Source: Syntrophaceae bacterium (GTDB taxonomy: Bacteria > Desulfobacterota > Syntrophia > Syntrophales > Smithellaceae). Taken from it: a DNA stretch of 64,000 bases. Below the pieces are notes generated by a model. The model saw nothing but the letters and a program-made list of their open reading frames with translations. It did no database searches and was not told the DNA's origin. The position numbers and the translations under genes are program-made. Position 1 is the first letter of the stretch; each line of letters opens with the position of its first letter. The stretch is taken from positions 11,157 through 75,156 of the forward strand of contig WRPE01000006.1 in NCBI GenBank assembly GCA_009773315.1, written 5' to 3'. Below, piece after piece: positions 30,227-37,390 of the stretch.

Positions 30227-32638
30227 ATGCGTATTAAAGAAAAACTGATTCATACCGCCCTGGGTGACGGCATGATCGACAAGGACGGCGCCGCCGTGGC
30301 TGTGGCCCGGATGGACGTAAAAAAATCATACAAGGGAACCGGGCCCCTGCTCCAGAAAGTCATCCGCGACACCGATGAAGCGGCTTGGCAGGACATCAAG
30401 GCGAAGATCAATTATACCTACGAAAACATCGATGCCGCCCTCACCGCCCTGGAGGAGGAGACAGGGTTTCTTGCCCTCCTGCGCAAAAGACTCGATCTGG
30501 GACAAAAGATTCTCTTCAAGCCAAACCTCGTCAGCACGGAGAACATTGACCCCTATACCTATGGTCCGACCCCGGGAAGCACGGGAAATACGGAATGGCC
30601 CTTCGTGGCTGCCGTGATGCGCTGGTTCCATGACAAGGCGGGCATCAGCTACTACCGGATGTGCATCGGCGAGGCCGCCACGGCCCTGTCCAGTGTTGCC
30701 GCCCACTACCGCCGGATCAAAACGGCGGGAAGGCCCGTGACAACCGAAGCGGTCATTGAGGGACGCTCCGATAATTTCTACGGGGGGTGGGGTTTCTATT
30801 TCGTCCGCCGGTATCTTGCCGAGGCATCCGATACATCCATGGGAGACGATGCAATGCAGGGATTGGAAGAAAGCATGGCGGGCATCTATCTTCCCCCGGG
30901 CAAGGTGACGGACAAGCTTATGGTCTATGACCTGAATCGGATCTGCGACGATCCGGCAAAAGGAAGGGATATCCCCGTTCCGGGTGGTGAGAATTTTGAT
31001 TCTCTCATTCTCCATAAAGTCATCATCGGCGGCGATCCTTCCGATGCCGCTGATCGGTCCGCTTACCCGGGATGCATTCTGGTTAATCTGCCTCGCTTGA
31101 AGGTTCATGCCCAAGCCCTCTTTACCAATATTATCAAAAACCTCGGCATTGGCCTCTATCCCATGGAAGTGTCCCGTTCCAGCAACTGTGCCTGGGAATA
31201 CGCAACGCCCCACCGGAAAATTCCGGGGATGAAGGGCGCCATTCCGCATCAGGTATGGGTTCCGGAGATGGATTCCGCAACCTGCCTTCCCAGGAAAGGC
31301 GTTGACGGGAGCTATCTGGTGAAGAAGACAGGCGGCCTGACGGGAACCATGATCGATATTATCGCCGCCGTGGCCAACCAGAATATTTTTATGATGCACA
31401 TCGTCGATGCCGTGGAAGGCATCAATCGGGATCATCAGGGGCAAGGCCTGGGCATCAAGGAACCCGAGGGTCTCGTGATGGCAGGTATCGACCCCGTGGC
31501 GGCTGATCTTTTCTGTGCCCGCTACATGTTCAGCAATGTGGGCCTTAAAGAGGCCGAGGAAAGTGGCCTTGATGACGGCATGGGCGGGTATTTCCCCCAG
31601 GCTGTTCCAGTGCCGCGATATGACGGCCAGGCCATTATCACCGAAAAGGCCTATGACTGCCCCCTCCGCAGGGATTACTGCTTCGAGCGGGCCGAGCAGC
31701 GTGGCCTGGGAAAACGTTCCTATTATGTGGTCGGCCATGACGCGATCACGGGGCATCCCCTGGCTTCCTTCCGTGGTCGACTGGGTTTTGTGGAAGGGAA
31801 CCGCTTCAACGAAATCGTCACCAGCGCCCTTTATTCCGACACCTACAAAATGCCCTGGGATCTGCAGAAAACATTCTTCGGATACATGGATGCCGTTGAT
31901 ACGCTGGAGGGAACATCGCGGAAGCGCAGTTTTCTCGACGCCTTTGACGAAACGGGTGACGGCACCGTGACCTATGAAGAATATGGAAAGAAGGGGCTTT
32001 ACGGGCCAACCAATATTTTGGGTGGTCTCAATATGAGCACCAAGGCAGATGAAGATGAATCGGAACCCTTCCGGGCCTTCTACGCCATGCTGTCCAACGT
32101 CCCGAGGTGCTCAAACCCCAAGTGGAACCCCGAAGGACACGACTTCACCAGAGAACAGGTGTACGGGTTGGTAACCGTTGTAGCCCAACTGATGTCCCAG
32201 TCGCCCAAAGAGGAAGCAGATCCCTTCTTTGCCGGCCTCATGTGGGGGAAGGGGAAATGGCCCAGCTACTCCCTGGCCTTCGATCGGTATATCAAACAGG
32301 TGCTCTATGGTTGGAAATACCCCGCCAGGATCGGGATATCGAGTCTCTATGGAAGCGCCTGCGCGTTTGCCGATCACCGGCAGAACGGCAGGAAGTTTCT
32401 TGGCAATGTCCGCGGCGTCCCCGATCCCGAAGCGGCTCAAAAATATGTGGAAGCTGTGCGGGAAGGCCGCATGATGCCCCTGGATTTCACATTCTATACA
32501 CTTCCAGGTTATGGCGGGACCAATCTTCCCAATGTAGAGGAGTCCTCCGACCCGAAAAAAGTGCTCACGGTCATCTTCGAAGGGGGGACAAAGCATTGGC
32601 CCGACCCAAGAACAGAAGACCTGGAACCCGGTACATGA
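30227..32638 (+). CDS. Large DUF362-like protein with ~400-aa uncharacterised C-terminal extension
   Basis: I chose the start at MRIKEKLIH (GGAAGGAG RBS). The track start at 29960 overlaps the previous gene in another frame. DUF362-like motifs are present (ILFKPNLV, NLPRLKVHAQALFTNIIKNLGIG). The C-terminal half has no family I recognise. Confidence 0.6.
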   Translation: MRIKEKLIHTALGDGMIDKDGAAVAVARMDVKKSYKGTGPLLQKVIRDTDEAAWQDIKAKINYTYENIDAALTALEEETGFLALLRKRLDLGQKILFKPNLVSTENIDPYTYGPTPGSTGNTEWPFVAAVMRWFHDKAGISYYRMCIGEAATALSSVAAHYRRIKTAGRPVTTEAVIEGRSDNFYGGWGFYFVRRYLAEASDTSMGDDAMQGLEESMAGIYLPPGKVTDKLMVYDLNRICDDPAKGRDIPVPGGENFDSLILHKVIIGGDPSDAADRSAYPGCILVNLPRLKVHAQALFTNIIKNLGIGLYPMEVSRSSNCAWEYATPHRKIPGMKGAIPHQVWVPEMDSATCLPRKGVDGSYLVKKTGGLTGTMIDIIAAVANQNIFMMHIVDAVEGINRDHQGQGLGIKEPEGLVMAGIDPVAADLFCARYMFSNVGLKEAEESGLDDGMGGYFPQAVPVPRYDGQAIITEKAYDCPLRRDYCFERAEQRGLGKRSYYVVGHDAITGHPLASFRGRLGFVEGNRFNEIVTSALYSDTYKMPWDLQKTFFGYMDAVDTLEGTSRKRSFLDAFDETGDGTVTYEEYGKKGLYGPTNILGGLNMSTKADEDESEPFRAFYAMLSNVPRCSNPKWNPEGHDFTREQVYGLVTVVAQLMSQSPKEEADPFFAGLMWGKGKWPSYSLAFDRYIKQVLYGWKYPARIGISSLYGSACAFADHRQNGRKFLGNVRGVPDPEAAQKYVEAVREGRMMPLDFTFYTLPGYGGTNLPNVEESSDPKKVLTVIFEGGTKHWPDPRTEDLEPGT

Positions 32639-32679
32639 TCTAATAACCGAAACACTCAATTCTTTAGAGGAGAAGACCT

Positions 32680-34638
32680 ATGAAAACATTAGAGCATCTG
32701 CTGACCCCCCTGCGGGTGAAGTCCATGAATATCCCCAACAGGATCGTCATGCCGCCTATGGGAACACGGTTGGGCAACGCTGACGGCACGGTTAGTGAGG
32801 CAACCCTGGCCTATATGAAGCGCCGGGCCCGAGGAGGCGCCGGGCTTATCATCACCGAGATCACGGAAGTGCACCCCCTGGGCGCTGTGGCGCCCCAATG
32901 TCTGGGCGTGTGGGATGACAAATTCATTCCGGGGCTCAAAAAGCTTGCCGCTGTGGTGCATGCCGAAGGCGGCAAGGTCGCCATGCAGCTTCACCATTGC
33001 GGCCGGGAAAGTATGTTCCAGACCCAAAGGAAGACAGCCGTCGCCCCTTCGGCCATTCCGAGTTACATCTACGGCTTCCTCGGAACGCCCAGGGAGATGA
33101 CCCTGGAAGATATCCGGGAGGCCATTACGTCCTTCGGCACAGCGGCTGTTCGTGCCAAGGCCGCAGGCTTTGATGCCGTGGAACTCCACGCCGCCCACGG
33201 CTATCTCCTCATGCAGTTTCTCTCGGCCCATTCCAATCAGCGGACCGATCAATATGGCGGCGATTTCCGGGCCCGGGCCCGGTTTATGATCGAGTGCCTG
33301 GAGGAGGTCCGCAAACAGGTTGGAAACGATTATCCCATCTTGATCCGCATCTCCGCAGAGGAATGCATTCAAAACGGCTATACCGTCTCCGATATACAGA
33401 CGATTATCCCCAATTTCGTTTCCGCCGGCGCGGATATGATCAACGTATCCTTCGGCACCCACGCCAGTGCCGCCGTCAGCGTTGATACGCCGAATGCGAG
33501 CGCCCCCATTGAATATGAGCAGGGCTTTAATGTCGGGTTGGCCCGCAAGATCAAAGACGTGACGGAGGTGCCCGTTATCGCCGTGGGCCGTTTTACGGAC
33601 CCCTATATCATGGACGAAGCCATTGCCCGTGGTGATGCGGACATGATCGCCGTGGCACGCCAGCATCTGGCCGATCCCGATTTCCTGAAAAATGCCCTGG
33701 CTGGGCATCCGGAAGACACGATTGAATGCCTTGCCTGCAACCAGGGTTGCATCGAACGACTCGTACTCGAACAGCAGTCGGTGCGTTGCGCCATCAACCC
33801 GGAAACGGGTCAGGAACTGATCTATCCGACAAAGCCGGCGGTGGTTTCCCGAAAGGTGTGGGTGATCGGGGGTGGTCCGGGCGGTCTTACTGCGGCCTAT
33901 GAGGCGGCAAGACTCGGCCATCAGGTCATTCTTTTTGAACAGGAAAAGGAGGCCGGCGGACAGATACGCTTTGCTGAAAAGGCTCCCCATAAATCGGCCT
34001 ATGGCACATGGATCAGAACCCTCACGGCGAAGTGCCGGAAAAAGGGCGTCGATATCCGGACGGGGACGGAAGTTACGGAAGATATGATTGTCCAGGGAAA
34101 CCCTGACGTCGTCATTTTGGCTATTGGCGCCGATAAGTCCACTTGTCCGGTCGAGGGCATTTCATCCTCTGTTGTCTGCGACGCCTGGCAGATTTTGAAT
34201 GGCGATGTTGTCCCCAAAGACCACGTCGTCGTCATCGGGGGCGGTCTGGTTGGAATGGAAACGGCGGATTTCCTTTGTGAGAAGGGTGTCAAGGATGTTA
34301 CCCTGGTTGAGACGCTGGCTAACCCGCCTGTTCCAGCGGTCTCAGCCCATGGCAAAATGCTGCATCGGCGTCTGGGGGCTGCCGGAGCCAAGCTGATGTT
34401 TAACACGACCATCAAGGCCATCGAGCAAGGATCGGTTCTGGTCAGCACCAATGGGAAAGAGCAGAGGCTGGAACCCGTCAACCAGGTCATCGTGGCCGTC
34501 GGCGTTACCCCTCGGAATACCTTTAAGGATATCCTTCGGGAAAAAGGCATCCGCCATTTCATCATTGGCGATGCCGGCACCCCGCGCCGCATCATTGAGG
34601 CCACAACAGAAGGGGCGAGCGCGGCATGGACGATATGA
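32680..34638 (+). CDS. Old-yellow-enzyme / 2,4-dienoyl-CoA reductase (FadH)-like FMN + Fe-S + FAD/NAD(P) flavoenzyme
   Basis: 652-aa ORF with an OYE TIM-barrel N-terminus (NRIVMPPM, HAAHGYLLMQFLS), a Cys cluster (CLACNQGC...C), and GGGPGGL and GGGLVGME Rossmann motifs. Confidence 0.85.
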   Translation: MKTLEHLLTPLRVKSMNIPNRIVMPPMGTRLGNADGTVSEATLAYMKRRARGGAGLIITEITEVHPLGAVAPQCLGVWDDKFIPGLKKLAAVVHAEGGKVAMQLHHCGRESMFQTQRKTAVAPSAIPSYIYGFLGTPREMTLEDIREAITSFGTAAVRAKAAGFDAVELHAAHGYLLMQFLSAHSNQRTDQYGGDFRARARFMIECLEEVRKQVGNDYPILIRISAEECIQNGYTVSDIQTIIPNFVSAGADMINVSFGTHASAAVSVDTPNASAPIEYEQGFNVGLARKIKDVTEVPVIAVGRFTDPYIMDEAIARGDADMIAVARQHLADPDFLKNALAGHPEDTIECLACNQGCIERLVLEQQSVRCAINPETGQELIYPTKPAVVSRKVWVIGGGPGGLTAAYEAARLGHQVILFEQEKEAGGQIRFAEKAPHKSAYGTWIRTLTAKCRKKGVDIRTGTEVTEDMIVQGNPDVVILAIGADKSTCPVEGISSSVVCDAWQILNGDVVPKDHVVVIGGGLVGMETADFLCEKGVKDVTLVETLANPPVPAVSAHGKMLHRRLGAAGAKLMFNTTIKAIEQGSVLVSTNGKEQRLEPVNQVIVAVGVTPRNTFKDILREKGIRHFIIGDAGTPRRIIEATTEGASAAWTI

Positions 34639-34710
34639 AACCTGGTTTTTAAGGCTGCCTTCATCACCGCCGAAACGGCCACTATGAAGGGTAAAAAGGA
34701 GGGAGACACC

Positions 34711-35040
34711 ATGTCACTGGTCCATTTGGAGGCTGGCGCTGGTGAGGCCATCCGTCTGTCAATGCCCGCGAAGGAGTCGAACCGGCCGATCCGCATCGAA
34801 CTCCATTCCACGGGCTGCTGCGACGCTTCACTGGGCCTGTGCCTGGATGACGTTCGCGAGGCAGACCTGATTTATGAATCCGACGGCCTGCAATTTGTCA
34901 TGAGCCCGGAAATCCACCAGCTGGCAGGCGATGTCACGATCGCCTGTGCGCATGACCAGGACAAAGCGGGTTTTGTCATCAAGTCGGCAAAACCCGTGAG
35001 TGAATGGGACGGGTTTGGCGTATGCCATATCAGAACCTGA
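34711..35040 (+). CDS. HesB/IscA-like domain protein (atypical Cys pattern)
   Basis: 109 aa from MSLVHLEAG (AAGGAGGGA RBS). The pattern IRIELHSTGCCDASLGLCLDD...DGLQFVM...GFVIKS parallels IscA/HesB (GGGCSG...LD...DG...V.D...GF.), but the C-terminal CGCG motif is missing. Confidence 0.45.
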   Translation: MSLVHLEAGAGEAIRLSMPAKESNRPIRIELHSTGCCDASLGLCLDDVREADLIYESDGLQFVMSPEIHQLAGDVTIACAHDQDKAGFVIKSAKPVSEWDGFGVCHIRT

Positions 35041-35078
35041 CCCCCTATGAGCATCTCCGTTTATGTGTCAGTTCTCCC

Positions 35079-35155
35079 TCTACCTGGAAAATATTTGCAC
35101 ACCCCATTTTTCTACCTTGAAATATCATACATAGTGTTTGATTTTTCAAGGTAGA
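35079..35155. repeat. Three copies of a TCTACCTNGAAA motif (two direct, one inverted) upstream of the first ATPase gene
   Basis: TCTACCTTGAAA (35111-35122) and its exact complement TTTCAAGGTAGA (35144-35155) form a 12-bp inverted repeat with a 21-nt spacer. A third copy, TCTACCTGGAAA, starts at 35079. Confidence 0.7.
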
Positions 35156-35172
35156 TCTGCTAAGTTACAGCC

Positions 35173-36312
35173 ATGGAAATTATTAAAAGACAGCAAGATC
35201 AAGCTGCATTGTCCAAATTGATGGCAATTTTTTCCGTAGTGGCCATCCTCGGCCCCAGGCAGTGCGGTAAAACAACACTGGCAAAGACTATTGGCGCCGA
35301 TCATTATTTCGACCTGGAAAATCCGCAGGACGCCGCCCGCCTGGATCAGCCGCAGCTTGCGCTCGAAGATCTTTCAGGTGTAATTGTCATTGACGAGATC
35401 CAACGCATACCGGATTTATTTCCGTTGCTGCGTTATCTTGTCGATCAGAACAAAAAGCGAAAATTTATCATTCTGGGTAGTGCTTCACGGGATTTAATCC
35501 GCCAGAGTTCAGAGTCACTTGCCGGCCGAATTGCTTACCACTACCTGGGTGGTTTTCGTTTAAGCGATATTGACGAGACAAAGATCAAAATGCTTTGGCT
35601 GCGTGGCGGATTACCCCTGTCTTTTCTAGCCAGGACAGATGAAGAAAGTCATGTGTGGCGTAATCAATATGTAACAACATTTCTGGAACGCGACATCCCG
35701 CAACTTGGCATCAACATACCAGCCCGAACATTACGTCGCTTCTGGACAATGCTCAGCCATTACCATGGACAGATTCTCAATTACGCCGAACTGGGCCGAT
35801 CTTTCGGTGTATCAGATATGACCGTGCGTAAATATTGCGACATTCTTGAGGGAACGTTTATGATCCGCATTCTCCAGCCCTGGCATGTCAATACTGGTAA
35901 ACGGCTTGTAAAGCGACCCAAATTTTACCTGCGCGATTCCGGACTGTATCATAGTCTTTCTTCCATCGAGACGCAAAAACAGTTGCAAACATGGCCAAAG
36001 CTGGGTGCTTCCTGGGAGGGTTTTGCACTTGACTGTGTCTGCCGAATGTTGGAAAAGCAGGATAACGAACTTTATTTTTGGAACACACACGCGGGCGCGG
36101 AGCTTGATCTTTTCTGGCAAAACCGCGGCAAGAACTGGGGTGTTGAATTCAAGTATGAAGACGCGCCACGCCTTACCCGATCTATGCAGACAGCCATGGA
36201 CGATTTACAGTTGTCTAAATTATGGATTGTTTATCCCGGCAAACAAAAGTATCAGCTTAGTGAGAACATCTCTGCCTTGCCGCTGGATTTGTTAGAAACT
36301 GAATTGCTGTAA
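35173..36312 (+). CDS. COG1373-type AAA ATPase with C-terminal DUF4143 / PD-(D/E)xK-like region
   Basis: 379-aa ORF with Walker A (GPRQCGKTT) and Walker B (VIVIDEIQ). The C-terminal GAELDLF...GVEFKY motif resembles a D...ExK nuclease motif. Confidence 0.8.
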   Translation: MEIIKRQQDQAALSKLMAIFSVVAILGPRQCGKTTLAKTIGADHYFDLENPQDAARLDQPQLALEDLSGVIVIDEIQRIPDLFPLLRYLVDQNKKRKFIILGSASRDLIRQSSESLAGRIAYHYLGGFRLSDIDETKIKMLWLRGGLPLSFLARTDEESHVWRNQYVTTFLERDIPQLGINIPARTLRRFWTMLSHYHGQILNYAELGRSFGVSDMTVRKYCDILEGTFMIRILQPWHVNTGKRLVKRPKFYLRDSGLYHSLSSIETQKQLQTWPKLGASWEGFALDCVCRMLEKQDNELYFWNTHAGAELDLFWQNRGKNWGVEFKYEDAPRLTRSMQTAMDDLQLSKLWIVYPGKQKYQLSENISALPLDLLETELL

Positions 36313-36354
36313 GCAACTGCGGGCCGCAATCCTGGATAGCTTGCAGGTCGTTTG

Positions 36355-36675
36355 TCAGGTTTTCAAAAATTGCAGATTATCACCCTGGACAATCAGATTC
36401 TTCCATTCGTCGTTTTTCGTCTCGCCCAGGCAGCGCACGGTTTGCAGAGGCGCGGCGCCGATCCCAGCATGGGCTTCCGCAAGTATTGCCGCCTTGGAGC
36501 GCTTGCCCGCATACTCGAGTGTGGGAATTTTGGCCCGGTCCAGCGCCTGAACGTCAAACTTTTCGGCCATGCCGGGAAAAAGTTTAGGCAGTAAGTCGGG
36601 CTTGGGCTCCACGCCCTTATTAATCGCCTCGATCAAACCGGCTTTGTCTTCTTCTGTTAGATTGAGCTTAACCAT
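36355..36675 (-). pseudogene. 5-prime fragment (106 codons) of a Type III-like mod methyltransferase gene
   Basis: The protein is 104/106 identical to residues 1-106 of the intact mod at 40273-42408. Homology stops abruptly after ...GDNLQFLKT, where a stop follows. Confidence 0.85.
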
Positions 36676-36689
36676 TTATCCTCCATGTG
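36355..36689 (-). repeat. Direct repeat copy A (mod 5-prime end plus 14 nt upstream)
   Basis: Aligns without gaps to 42088-42422 (offset 5733 bp). My hand alignment gives roughly 88 percent nucleotide identity. Confidence 0.85.
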
Positions 36690-37337
36690 ACGTCTTTGAA
36701 ATCCGCCATTCATATAAGAAATCAATTCATATCCACCACCATAACAATTGACAAGGCTGTCTATGCTGGATATTTCTTTACACATCATATAATTGTATTG
36801 AGCGATTAAAGTACTCACTGCATATTGCAGCGGGTTCAGATTTTCTTGAGGTTGAAGATTATACGCGTCAAACGTTTGTAAAAATTCTTCCGTGCCTGAA
36901 CCTGCGATATATATAATGTCACCGTTATCGTTCAGTTGCTTATTTCCGCAATTAAACCCGAAGGCATGAAATAAATTATTGTGTCGTAACATTCCAACAA
37001 TGGACACATTTTCCCGAATTTCCGGATCAATATTATCCAGATAATGCAACATTTCATCAATGCTGCATATCTTATCTTTATACTCGGAAATGAGATCTTT
37101 AATGACTCTTTTTGCGTAAAATGCCGAATTAGCCCAACAGACGGCTAAATTATTGTTTATAACTACCGCCTTTTGCCGTAGTCCGACGGGCTTATGCATG
37201 TTTTCTATATCTATTTTTGGCAGATTATCGTTAACAGTCGGCAAGCAGAATTTATCATTTTTCCCTGGACTTGAAATTAAAAGATCACCAATTAAGATTG
37301 GCCATCTTTGAATAAAAAGAGACGCAACCATTGTCAT
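36657..37337 (-). CDS. Hypothetical protein orf226 (AT-rich orphan; possible Ntn-hydrolase/HslV-like fold)
   Basis: 226-aa ORF with a GAGG RBS 7 nt upstream. GC is about 35-38 percent in the lines I counted, versus over 50 percent in neighbours. I recognise no family motif with certainty. Confidence 0.55.
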   Translation of the reverse strand: MTMVASLFIQRWPILIGDLLISSPGKNDKFCLPTVNDNLPKIDIENMHKPVGLRQKAVVINNNLAVCWANSAFYAKRVIKDLISEYKDKICSIDEMLHYLDNIDPEIRENVSIVGMLRHNNLFHAFGFNCGNKQLNDNGDIIYIAGSGTEEFLQTFDAYNLQPQENLNPLQYAVSTLIAQYNYMMCKEISSIDSLVNCYGGGYELISYMNGGFQRRHMEDKWLSSI

Positions 37338-37390
37338 AATGCGCCTCTATATTAAATATATTTGATTATGTTCAGCCATTTTACGATTAC

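Noticed and set aside
30326-31756. 476-aa minus-strand ORF, plus the 433-aa ORF at 32689-33990 and the 270-aa ORF at 33999-34811
   Set aside because: These are long antisense ORFs in a GC-rich region opposite the DUF362-like and OYE genes. The sense genes have clear motifs and RBSs; these have none.
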